Below are positions 10,342 through 19,237 of a stretch of 64,000 nucleotides of DNA, in pieces; position 1 is the first letter of the stretch; every line of letters starts with the position of its first letter. Below the pieces are notes generated by a model, which saw nothing but the letters and a program-made list of their open reading frames with translations, was not told the origin of the DNA and ran no database searches. Where the stretch lies: the IMG/VR virus record IMGVR_UViG_3300023174_000082, positions 32,001-96,000 of that record; one strand, given 5' to 3'. Source of the DNA: a virus. The translations under genes and the position numbers were made by a program.

Positions 10342-11828
10342 TACCAGAATCCTCCTTTGAGCAAGTTACCTTTGGCAAAGTTTTCTAGACTAAATCCCTG
10401 GCTGACTTGTTGTCGAGTTTGTAGTGGGTGCAACACAATTGATATTTCTATCTTGGTAGGAACATAAGTTGTTTGACCCAATCCATTTACTGTATTGCGT
10501 ACCACACCTAAGTCTACTGGTGTTCCTTGAGCACCTTTTGGCAGTAGAGAAGTTTGTAGTCGTCGCAAAACACTTTCAATAGTTGATGCTGGCGAACTTG
10601 AAACCTTAGATGTTCTGTCAGACATGTTTAACCCTTGATTGTTAGGCTTGACTTGTATGTAATCAACGTTATTGGGCAAAGTATAATTGAAACTAGCAAC
10701 CAAACAAGGATGGTTGTTGAATTGATATTCGCCAAATCCAGACAGCTCAACCAATGGTGGTGGCGATCCACGTTGCGGATCCTTGCCATAAAACATTTTT
10801 GTAACTGAACGGAAAAAGTGTATCACTGCCAGCAAATATTCAGCTTCGGCAGTGTCTTGTGCTGTGAATGTTCCAGTAACAGTTATATCGCCAACTTGAC
10901 TGCTTTGATAAAAGTATCCACGATAGTTTGAGTGTGTGAGATTGTAACTGTCGTACTTGGCTGAGTACTGAGTTTGTATCGTTGGTGTGTAGGGAAAAAT
11001 TATTCCATCTGTGGGAACCAATGGGCGCAAAATACCAGGATCTTCTGCTTTGTAAAGATATTTTGCACCCGGAGCCAATCTCAGTCTAACACGCCAATCA
11101 CCTTGTGAGGATGTGTTAAATCGCTGTTGCAGTGTGAATTGATCACGCAGTTGTGATTGTGCGGCTGCCCCGGCTGCCGCAGCAAAATCATAAGGATCAA
11201 GATTGGCAGCCCGCGCAGCTTCTGCATCTACTGCTGCTGCATCATCACGTTCGGACAGCACTGGTGCTGGACCAAAAACTGCAACGCCTTCTTCTGCACG
11301 TATTCTTGCCAGTTCGGCTTCGTTGGCTGCATCTGTTGCTGCTGCATCATCACGTTCGGACTGAGCTGGTGATGGTCCAAAAACTGCAACACCTTCTTCT
11401 GCACGTATTCGTGCTAGTTCAGCTTCGTTGGCTGCATCTATTGCTTCATCGCCCGACGCTGACGCTGGCGCAGGTGCAAAAACTGCAACACCTTCTTCTG
11501 CACGTATTCTTGCCAGTTCAGCTTCATTGGCTGCATCTATTGCTTCATCACCAACTGGTGAAATGGTTCGTGCGGGTGGTATAGCTGCTAATGCTTCATC
11601 ACCATTGGCAGGGACCGGGGTTGGAACTTCGACTTGTGTTGCTGTAGTTGTAAATGATACTGTGTATGTGTTATCAGGATTAATCTTATCAGATGCACTA
11701 GTACGATCAAAACTGATATTTTGTCCTAATGTGGCAAATGCTTCGCTTCGTGCTTGTGCAGTAGCCAAAGACAAAGCTGTATCATAATCGTTAGCAGTTG
11801 CGTCGGCAGAAAATGTTGCTGAAGACAT
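10341..11828 (-). CDS. Putative tail-tube initiator/baseplate protein (gp48/gp54-like) with acidic Ala-rich repeats
   Basis: C-terminal IIFPYTP...ITVTGTFT...PPPLVELSGFG...VASFNYTLP tube-like domain; first gene of the baseplate operon. Confidence 0.6.
   Translation of the reverse strand: MSSATFSADATANDYDTALSLATAQARSEAFATLGQNISFDRTSASDKINPDNTYTVSFTTTATQVEVPTPVPANGDEALAAIPPARTISPVGDEAIDAANEAELARIRAEEGVAVFAPAPASASGDEAIDAANEAELARIRAEEGVAVFGPSPAQSERDDAAATDAANEAELARIRAEEGVAVFGPAPVLSERDDAAAVDAEAARAANLDPYDFAAAAGAAAQSQLRDQFTLQQRFNTSSQGDWRVRLRLAPGAKYLYKAEDPGILRPLVPTDGIIFPYTPTIQTQYSAKYDSYNLTHSNYRGYFYQSSQVGDITVTGTFTAQDTAEAEYLLAVIHFFRSVTKMFYGKDPQRGSPPPLVELSGFGEYQFNNHPCLVASFNYTLPNNVDYIQVKPNNQGLNMSDRTSKVSSSPASTIESVLRRLQTSLLPKGAQGTPVDLGVVRNTVNGLGQTTYVPTKIEISIVLHPLQTRQQVSQGFSLENFAKGNLLKGGFW
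11230..11560 (-). repeat. Three in-frame coding repeats (DAANEAELARIRAEEGVAVF), spacing 33 and 35 codons
   Basis: Near-identical DNA unit aaaaactgcaac.ccttcttctgcacgtattc.tgc.agttc.gcttc.ttggctgcatct occurs three times. Confidence 0.9.
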
Positions 11829-11884
11829 ATTTTTTTCCTATACCTTATTTATTGCTGATAAAAACAGCATAGTTTAACAAGAGG

Positions 11885-11912
11885 TTGACAATTGTTGTAA
11901 ATATGCTACAAT
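11885..11912 (+). promoter_or_regulatory. Sigma70-type early/middle promoter for gp55
   Basis: TTGACA-16 nt-TACAAT with extended -10 TG; AAGGAG RBS at 11919-11924. Confidence 0.7.
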
Positions 11913-11937
11913 CCTAATAAGGAGACCTTGTCATACT

Positions 11938-12834
11938 ATGACTCTATTACCAAAAGCGGCACCTCGTGTCAATTATCTAAACAACCGTGACATTTTGAAA
12001 GAAATACATTTCAGCAAGAACACCTACTGTTGTTACCGTGATCCAGCAACCGATCATCAATACGACATAATTTTGCCCAGTCTAGACAAAATAAATCAGC
12101 GTACCATTGTTGAAGCTCGAAGAAATCGAGCAGATCGTATCAAACGCGAAACTGGTGAAGTAATTGACCAAAAGAAGATCCCCAACACAGACCTTGTGTT
12201 TAGAATCACCTGCTGGGAACACATACCCATGGCACCCAAAAAAGTTACCAAAGCTGCTGCCAAGAAAAAGAAACTGGAAGATATACTTGATTTGGATGAT
12301 GTGTCAGAGGATCCGTTGGCAGACTTGATAGATGAACCTGTGCTGGACCCCACACATGTGCGTGTGAACTTTCCCCCGTTTTTTCACTACAGACTCGACG
12401 AACAAAAAATACCGTTTTTGGTGGGTAAGAGTCACTGGCGTGGCGATTTGACCACAGGAGAGTTTTCAAAGGATCACGGCACAATGACCAAGAAGCTGGC
12501 CATGATGTTTATGAAACTGTGTGAACGCTATGCCACACGTTCCAACTGGCGCGGCTATACCTACAACGAGGAAATGCGTGGACAAGCTCTACTTCAACTT
12601 AGTCAAATTGGTCTTCAATTTGACGAATCAAAATCGCAAAACCCCTTTGCTTACTATACCGCTGCGATCACTAATAGTTTTACACGGATTCTTAACATCG
12701 AGAAAAAGAACCAGAACATTCGAGATGACATACTTGAAATGAACGGCCTGAACCCGTCATGGACTAGACAGAACTCTGGCAAAGCTGGCATGGCGGCCAT
12801 GAGTGGTCCAGTGACCACTACATATGAAGAATGA
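11938..12834 (+). CDS. gp55: Late-transcription sigma factor (T4 gp55-like)
   Basis: YLNNRDIL N-terminus; NWRGYTYNEEM, FDESKSQNPFAYYT...F.R.LNIEKK motifs; upstream of gp47/gp46 as in T4-like phages. Confidence 0.85.
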   Translation: MTLLPKAAPRVNYLNNRDILKEIHFSKNTYCCYRDPATDHQYDIILPSLDKINQRTIVEARRNRADRIKRETGEVIDQKKIPNTDLVFRITCWEHIPMAPKKVTKAAAKKKKLEDILDLDDVSEDPLADLIDEPVLDPTHVRVNFPPFFHYRLDEQKIPFLVGKSHWRGDLTTGEFSKDHGTMTKKLAMMFMKLCERYATRSNWRGYTYNEEMRGQALLQLSQIGLQFDESKSQNPFAYYTAAITNSFTRILNIEKKNQNIRDDILEMNGLNPSWTRQNSGKAGMAAMSGPVTTTYEE

Positions 12835-13688
12835 CTGTTGCCATAGCTTACAGTTCAGGATGCTATGGAACTTATGTTGAGTGGTGCCTAACATCACTCA
12901 CATCCACAGCACCTGTTGTTAGTCCGTTCACTCAGATAGGAAGCAGTCATCGATTTATTGGGCGTCACTTGTATAACCTTGACGGATGGCGTTTATTACT
13001 TGCCCTAAACGACCAGCCGTCTTTTGTTAGATTACACCCAAAACAACATCCAACCATCAGTCTCAGTAAAAATTTAGACTATCTTTGCGAAACCGCCAAG
13101 TCTGTAGTTTATCTTTACCCCGATCGTGAATATCTGTTGTTAGTGTTGAACAACTGGATTACAAAAACTACATTTCATTCTTTTAAAGTATTGTTACATT
13201 CATTAGGGTTGGCTGCAAAAGATACTGAAATTTCAGGTAGTTCACCGCAATGGTTGCAACGCAAATTTCTAAGTGTTCATTTCATATCATGGGTTTTTGA
13301 AATTTTAGAATGGTATCATTTAGATCATTGGTCGCACCCTAATGCTTGTGTGGTAACTGTCAAAGAGTTGTTGTTTGATTTTGAAAATTGCCTTAATAAG
13401 ATACAACAACACTGCAACTTAAAATTTCTTAGATCACCAAATGAGTTGCAATCTTATCATGATCAAAATTTGCAACTACAACAATATCTGCATCAAGACC
13501 AATTGTGCAACAACATTGTTGAATCTGTACTGACTGGTGATAGTTTTTCTTGGCCTGGTTTGCCCTTGATGAGCGAAGCTTGGTTACAATGGCAATTGAG
13601 AAACCTGGGATTCGAAATACAGGGTGATGGGCTTGACAACTTGCCTACAAATAGTTTACAATTGAGAGAACTACTGTATACCGTATGA
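12831..13688 (+). CDS. Hypothetical protein (possible sulfotransferase-like P-loop fold), paralog of 19237..20289
   Basis: 285-aa ORF with 4-nt overlaps to both neighbours; shared N- and C-terminal motifs with the 350-aa ORF. Confidence 0.55.
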   Translation: MTVAIAYSSGCYGTYVEWCLTSLTSTAPVVSPFTQIGSSHRFIGRHLYNLDGWRLLLALNDQPSFVRLHPKQHPTISLSKNLDYLCETAKSVVYLYPDREYLLLVLNNWITKTTFHSFKVLLHSLGLAAKDTEISGSSPQWLQRKFLSVHFISWVFEILEWYHLDHWSHPNACVVTVKELLFDFENCLNKIQQHCNLKFLRSPNELQSYHDQNLQLQQYLHQDQLCNNIVESVLTGDSFSWPGLPLMSEAWLQWQLRNLGFEIQGDGLDNLPTNSLQLRELLYTV

Positions 13689-14698
13689 ACCTATTTAAAA
13701 AAGCTGCCATTTTTACTGACATACATTTTGGACTCAAAAGCAATTCAACCCTGCACAATGAAGACTGTTTGGCCTTTGTAAAATGGGCCACTGCCAAAGC
13801 CAAAGAAGAAGGCTGTGAAACTGCCATGTTCTTGGGCGATTGGCACAACAATCGAGCCAGCCTCAACATTGTTACACTCAACTACAGCCTTCGATCACTG
13901 GAGCACCTGAATGCTAATTTCGACCGTGTGTATTTTATTCCTGGCAATCACGACCTTTATTATCGTGACAAGCGCGATATACAGTCAGTGGAGTGGGCGC
14001 GACACCTCCCAAATGTTGAAATATGCAATGATTGGTTTTCTAGTGGCAACGTTGTTATCGCCCCTTGGTTGTGCGGAGATGATCATAAGAGGATCTCTAA
14101 ACTGACCGGCAAGTATATGTTTGGGCACTTTGAACTGCCAGGCTACTTGATGAATGCCATGGTAGAAATGCCAGACCATGGCGAAGTGCGTAGAGAAGAC
14201 TTTGAGAATTTCGAACATGTATTCACCGGACACTTTCATAAACGACAGACCAAAAAGAATATTACCTACATCGGTAATGCGTTCCCTCACAATTATGCGG
14301 ATGCTGGTGACGACGAACGAGGACTTACTATACTGGAGTGGGGAGGAACGCCTGCGTTTCATGCTTGGCCTGCTCAACCAACCTATAGGGTTTACGGACT
14401 CGCCAACCTTATTGACAACGCTCCGGCTCTTCTTAAGCCCAAAATGCATGTGCGTGTTGGACTAGACATTGAGATCTCATACGAAGAAGCCAACTTCATC
14501 AAAGAAACTTTTGTGAAAGACTATGACTTACGTGAGATGAGCTTGATTCCAAACAAGAACTCAGATGTGGACACAGACATGGCACCTGGTGAGATTAAAT
14601 TTGAGAGTGTGGATCAAATTGTCACAGACCAACTCACTAACATTGAATCAGAATTCTACGACAACAAACTACTGTTGAAGATTTATCAAAACTTATGA
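13685..14698 (+). CDS. gp47: Recombination endonuclease subunit (T4 gp47, Mre11/SbcD-like)
   Basis: Metallophosphoesterase motifs DIHFG, LGD, GNHD, GHF, GHFH. Confidence 0.92.
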   Translation: MNLFKKAAIFTDIHFGLKSNSTLHNEDCLAFVKWATAKAKEEGCETAMFLGDWHNNRASLNIVTLNYSLRSLEHLNANFDRVYFIPGNHDLYYRDKRDIQSVEWARHLPNVEICNDWFSSGNVVIAPWLCGDDHKRISKLTGKYMFGHFELPGYLMNAMVEMPDHGEVRREDFENFEHVFTGHFHKRQTKKNITYIGNAFPHNYADAGDDERGLTILEWGGTPAFHAWPAQPTYRVYGLANLIDNAPALLKPKMHVRVGLDIEISYEEANFIKETFVKDYDLREMSLIPNKNSDVDTDMAPGEIKFESVDQIVTDQLTNIESEFYDNKLLLKIYQNL

Positions 14699-16458
14699 TC
14701 CAAATACGAAATCTCACTGTTAAAAACTTCATGAGTGTGGGTGCCGCCACACAGGCCATTGACTTTGACCGCAATGACCTTACACTGGTGCTGGGCGAAA
14801 ACTTGGACTTGGGTGGCGATGGATCACGCAATGGCACAGGCAAGACCACAATCATCAATGCGCTAAGTTATGCCTTGTACGGTCAAGCACTATCAAACAT
14901 ACGCAAAGACAATTTAGTGAACAAGACCAATGCCAAACACATGTTGGTCAGCCTAGACTTTCACATCAATGGCACAGACTACCGGATCGAACGTGGGCGC
15001 AAACCCAACGTGCTCAAGTTCTATGTGAACAACGAACACAAAGCCGCAGAGGACGAAGCACAAGGAGATTCAAGAGAAACACAAGACGCCATAGAGCGTA
15101 TTATTGGCATGAGCCACGACATGTTCAAACATGTGCTGGCGCTGAACACATATACAGAACCGTTTCTAAGTTTGAAGGCCAATGACCAACGCACTATCAT
15201 TGAGCAGTTGTTGGGCATTACCTTGTTGAGTGAACGTGCTGACCGTATCAAAGAACTCAACCGGCAGACCAAAGATGCCATTCAGTCCGAAGAGTTTAGA
15301 ATTCGTGCTGTGCAAGAAGCCAACAAGCGCATTGAAGAACAAATTACCAGTTTAGAAAAGCGTCGAACCATGTGGTTCAAAAAGCAACAGGAAGATTGTG
15401 CAGGATTTGAAACGGCCATTGGCGACCTTGAACACATTGACATTGATGCCGAAGTACAAGCACACAGAGACTTGGAAGCGTTTCACACTAAGAAAAAAGC
15501 CATTGATGAGGCTAATCGATACATTCGACAAATTGCCGCAGATGATGTCAAGCAACAAAAACTGTTGGACAAACTCCGAACAGAGATTGCAGCCTTGGAC
15601 GATCACAAGTGTCACTCATGTGGACAGGACTTGCATGACAACAAACAAGACGAACTCAAGAAGGCCAAAGAAGAACTGTTAAAAGAAACTGCACTGCAAT
15701 TACTCGCCAACAACACCCAAGAACAAGAACATCGAGCCACGCTGACCAGGCTAGGAGAATTAGGTGTTGCACCCACTGTGTTTTATGACACGCTGGAAGA
15801 TGCACTAAATCATCGCAACACTCTCAGCACATTGCGAACCAGTTTAGACACAAGAAAAACAGAGTCAGATCCATATACGGAACAAATCACAGACATGCAA
15901 GGACAAGCCCTGCAGGTTGTGAGTTACGATCACTTGAACGAACTTACCAGAGTGCAAGACCATCAGGACTTCTTGCTCAAACTGCTAACCTCAAAAGATT
16001 CGTTTGTGCGCAAGAAGATCATTGATCAGAACTTGAGTTATCTCAACAGTCGTCTCACACACTATTTGGACAGAATTGGACTGCCACACACCGTGAAGTT
16101 CATGAACGACTTGAGTGTAAGCATTGAAGAACTGGGTCGCGAATTGGACTTTGACAATCTAAGTCGCGGTGAACGCAATCGATTAATACTCAGCATGAGT
16201 TGGGCATTCCGTGATGTGTGGGAAAGTTTGTACTCGCCTATCAACTTGCTGTTTATTGACGAGATGATTGACAACGGCTTGGACACACAAGGTGTAGAGA
16301 ATGCACTAGGCTTACTGAAGAAGATGAGTCGCGAACGCCACAAATCAATCTGGCTAGTGAGCCATAGAGATGAACTTACCAGCAGGGTAGAAAACATTCT
16401 CAAGGTTATCAAAGAAAACGGCTTTACCAGCTATAACACGGATGTAGAAATTGCGTAA
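14695..16458 (+). CDS. gp46: Recombination ATPase subunit (T4 gp46, Rad50/SbcC-like)
   Basis: KNFMSVG, Walker A NGTGKT, zinc-hook CHSC, signature LSRGE, Walker B LLFIDE. Confidence 0.93.
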   Translation: MIQIRNLTVKNFMSVGAATQAIDFDRNDLTLVLGENLDLGGDGSRNGTGKTTIINALSYALYGQALSNIRKDNLVNKTNAKHMLVSLDFHINGTDYRIERGRKPNVLKFYVNNEHKAAEDEAQGDSRETQDAIERIIGMSHDMFKHVLALNTYTEPFLSLKANDQRTIIEQLLGITLLSERADRIKELNRQTKDAIQSEEFRIRAVQEANKRIEEQITSLEKRRTMWFKKQQEDCAGFETAIGDLEHIDIDAEVQAHRDLEAFHTKKKAIDEANRYIRQIAADDVKQQKLLDKLRTEIAALDDHKCHSCGQDLHDNKQDELKKAKEELLKETALQLLANNTQEQEHRATLTRLGELGVAPTVFYDTLEDALNHRNTLSTLRTSLDTRKTESDPYTEQITDMQGQALQVVSYDHLNELTRVQDHQDFLLKLLTSKDSFVRKKIIDQNLSYLNSRLTHYLDRIGLPHTVKFMNDLSVSIEELGRELDFDNLSRGERNRLILSMSWAFRDVWESLYSPINLLFIDEMIDNGLDTQGVENALGLLKKMSRERHKSIWLVSHRDELTSRVENILKVIKENGFTSYNTDVEIA

Positions 16459-17302
16459 GATCAAAGTATTACACCTTGAACCCACCGATGTGTGCCAAGC
16501 CGCATGCCCAGCATGTGCTAGAGAGACTGACTCAAAGTTTCGCAAGGATCAAAAACATCATTTATCCATTGGGCACATACAACGACATTTTTCTGATCGC
16601 AGGATCAAGAGCCTAGACAAGGTTTTCATGTGCGGTAACTACGGTGATCCAGCCGCTGGTGCATATACTGGTGACATGTACAAATGGTTTAGACAGCTAA
16701 ACCCCACAATCACACTTGGTATGAATACCAACGGTGCCATACAAAACACTTTCTGGTGGCATGAAATTGGACGCTTGTTCAATCAGCCCCGGGACTATGT
16801 GGTATTCAGCATTGATGGATTGGAAGATACCAATGGCGTGTATAGAAAAGGTGTGAACTGGACCAAGCTCATGCAAAATGCACAAGCATTTATCGAAGCA
16901 GGTGGTTCGGCACACTGGGATATGTTGATTTATCAACACAACGAACATCAAGTAGATGAGTGCGAGCAGCTGGCTCGCGACATGGGTTTTAAGTGGTTCC
17001 GTGCCAAAGTCAGCAAACGACCACTGATTGGTAGACTGGAATGGCCACGCAACTATCAAGCACAAACATTTGAAGGCGCTATAAAGTGTCATGCACAGCA
17101 AGAAAAAAGTGCATACATAGATGCTCGTGGCAATCTTAGTCCTTGCTGCTGGATTGGTGCCACACAAACAGATTTTGTTCGCACTGACTCTGTGGTGGAC
17201 TTTTATCCAAAGAAACACGCAACTTGTGTTGCAACTTGTTCAACAGATCAAGCCAAAACAGCATTTTCAAATCAGTGGCGCAAAGAAATTCAGTTATGTT
17301 AG
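16451..17302 (+). CDS. Radical SAM protein with Cys-containing C-terminal (SPASM/twitch-like) domain
   Basis: CQAACPAC CxxxCxxC motif, GNYGDP, TNG, FSIDG, C-terminal PCC. Confidence 0.85.
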   Translation: MRKIKVLHLEPTDVCQAACPACARETDSKFRKDQKHHLSIGHIQRHFSDRRIKSLDKVFMCGNYGDPAAGAYTGDMYKWFRQLNPTITLGMNTNGAIQNTFWWHEIGRLFNQPRDYVVFSIDGLEDTNGVYRKGVNWTKLMQNAQAFIEAGGSAHWDMLIYQHNEHQVDECEQLARDMGFKWFRAKVSKRPLIGRLEWPRNYQAQTFEGAIKCHAQQEKSAYIDARGNLSPCCWIGATQTDFVRTDSVVDFYPKKHATCVATCSTDQAKTAFSNQWRKEIQLC

Positions 17303-18306
17303 CAACTTGGCATTTTCACATTGAGATCTCTAGCAAGTGTACCTTGCAGTGTCCTCGATGTGCCCGCCAAGAAGTGCCCAATGGCCTTGTGAACACAGAA
17401 CTAGATTTAGAATTTTTCAAACGTAACTTTACTCCTGAGTTTGTGAAAGCCAATCTAGAGAAAATTACATTCTGTGGCGATGACGGCGATCCTATCTATG
17501 CACATGATTTGATACCTGTAATTAGCTATCTTAAAAGTATAAAACCTGTTGAAATTGTCATTGTTACCAATGGATCACATAAAAAATTAACTTGGTGGAC
17601 TCAATTGGGTACTTTGTTGGATTCGAAAGATAGTGTTCATTTTAGTATAGATGGTTACGATAACGCCAGCAATAACTTGTATCGAGTAAACAGCGATTAT
17701 AACAGCATCATCGACGGTTTACAAACATTGCGTAGCATAAGTGATTGCCAAATTGTGTGGGCTGCTATTGCGTTCAAGTTCAACGAACATCATATAGACA
17801 CAATGAAAAAAGTTGCCCGACAAATTGGCGTAGACAGATTTCAATTGACCAAGAGCACAAAGTTTGGCAGTGTATATCCATCGTATGGCGTTGACGATCC
17901 ACTTGAACCCAGCGTAAAATTTGTTAGCAGTAGCCACAGATTTGAACGCGAAGTGACTGCTTTTTCAGAAGCAGGCAAATGGACCGCAATTCCACTCACA
18001 AACAACCGACTATTCAATCAAACTCAAAGTCGCAACGGTGTAACGCCGTTATGCGAGATAGGCAACAAAGGTTTATACATTGATGCCCGCGGCAGATTAT
18101 TTCCCTGCTGTTGGGTAGCAAACAGATACAATCACAATTCAGACTGGCAGCAACTCTCAAACCGCTTTGATTTAAACACAAGAACTCTAACAGAAGTATT
18201 GGCAGATAAATTTTGGGCTAACGAGTTCCAAACTTTCCAGTGGCAAGAGTGTCAAACCAAATGCTCTAGTGCATTAGTTGACGAAAAATACGCTACTTCT
18301 TGGTAA
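17296..18306 (+). CDS. Radical SAM protein (paralog of upstream gene); start moved to ATG at 17296
   Basis: CTLQCPRC motif, GDDGDP, TNG, FSIDG, PCC. Confidence 0.85.
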   Translation: MLATWHFHIEISSKCTLQCPRCARQEVPNGLVNTELDLEFFKRNFTPEFVKANLEKITFCGDDGDPIYAHDLIPVISYLKSIKPVEIVIVTNGSHKKLTWWTQLGTLLDSKDSVHFSIDGYDNASNNLYRVNSDYNSIIDGLQTLRSISDCQIVWAAIAFKFNEHHIDTMKKVARQIGVDRFQLTKSTKFGSVYPSYGVDDPLEPSVKFVSSSHRFEREVTAFSEAGKWTAIPLTNNRLFNQTQSRNGVTPLCEIGNKGLYIDARGRLFPCCWVANRYNHNSDWQQLSNRFDLNTRTLTEVLADKFWANEFQTFQWQECQTKCSSALVDEKYATSW

Positions 18307-18340
18307 AAGGACTAACTATAGCACATAATCAAAATCACAC

Positions 18341-18769
18341 ATGACATGGCTTTATCAAGATACCCCAATTGAGACACTGCCCGAAGAATGTGTAGGTTTT
18401 GTTTATCTAATCACAAATAATCTATCTGGACGCAAGTACATAGGCAAAAAATTAGCAAAGTTTAGCAAAACAACATACAAAACAGTCAAACAAAAGAACG
18501 GCACAAAGAAGCGGAAGAAGATACGATCAAAGGTCGACTCAGACTGGAGAGAGTACTATGGGTCAAGCCCAGAATTAACCGCAGATGTAATCAAATTAGG
18601 CACCGAAAACTTTACCAGAGAAATACTTTACTATTGTAAATCAAAATCAGAATGTTCGTACATTGAAGCAAGAGAACAGTTCACAAGAAAAGTATTGGAA
18701 TCAACAGATTATTATAACGGCCATATTCAAGTTCGTGTGCATGGCTCACACATCATAAACAAAATTTAA
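18341..18769 (+). CDS. Minimal GIY-YIG nuclease-domain protein, 142 aa, with Lys-rich insertion
   Basis: GFVY...KYIG motif, YYGS, catalytic-type Glu (YIEAREQ) and YYN; no appended DNA-binding domain. Confidence 0.8.
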   Translation: MTWLYQDTPIETLPEECVGFVYLITNNLSGRKYIGKKLAKFSKTTYKTVKQKNGTKKRKKIRSKVDSDWREYYGSSPELTADVIKLGTENFTREILYYCKSKSECSYIEAREQFTRKVLESTDYYNGHIQVRVHGSHIINKI

Positions 18770-18779
18770 AATCAACTAA

Positions 18780-19237
18780 CACCTAAGGTTGGCGGGCCAG
18801 TTTGTAATACCGCTGTGGAAAAACCGGGGAATAACCGGACACGTGACATATTGAGGCACTCCCCTGGGTAAATCCCAGTATCCTGAAAAATGGAAGTGAG
18901 TCTGAGGCTAGAACAATAGGGCCGACGCATTGATATAGTATGAATGTTAGCATACGAGAAACCGTGCTATAAAAACTTAGATACTAGGAACGAGGTCTAA
19001 GACGCTTAACAAGCGAGTCGATGTAGGTTGGGAAAGATCAGAGCCCATTAGCATCACGGTAAAAACACCTACTTCCAATGTCTAGGCTGTGACCACTCAC
19101 ATGAAGACAACAGCGGAACCGAGCAAAACGGTTCCGTCTGACTGAAACAATCTACATGAATACTTAATCGCTTCGCTCTTGAAAATCAATCACATTAACG
19201 AGCGATAGCGAAGTTAATAGACTTGCGTAGCAAGTCT
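18780..19237 (+). ncRNA. Candidate large structured non-coding RNA (family not recognised); strand inferred from the upstream gene
   Basis: About 460 nt without an ORF in an otherwise gene-dense genome; about ten local hairpins plus several long-range complementary pairs (see findings). Confidence 0.6.
19219..19237. terminator. Hairpin at the junction of convergent transcription units
   Basis: AGACTTGC-GTA-GCAAGTCT perfect 8-bp stem abutting the stop codon of the minus-strand operon; no clear U-tract. Confidence 0.45.

Noticed and set aside
11230-11560. Direct repeats with variable spacers resembling a CRISPR or guide array
   Set aside because: Units are in frame, vary at synonymous positions, lie inside a structural gene, and no cas gene is present
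13633-13662. TTGACA-18 nt-TACAAT upstream of gp47
   Set aside because: Suboptimal spacing and inside a coding region; plausible but not supported enough to list
18780-19237. tmRNA, RNase P RNA, tRNA cluster or intact group I intron
   Set aside because: No tRNA-like ends or T-loop, no GAGGAAAGTCC RNase P motif; GATATAGT at 18932-18939 resembles a group I S element but no interrupted host gene flanks the region. Not excluded without a covariance search
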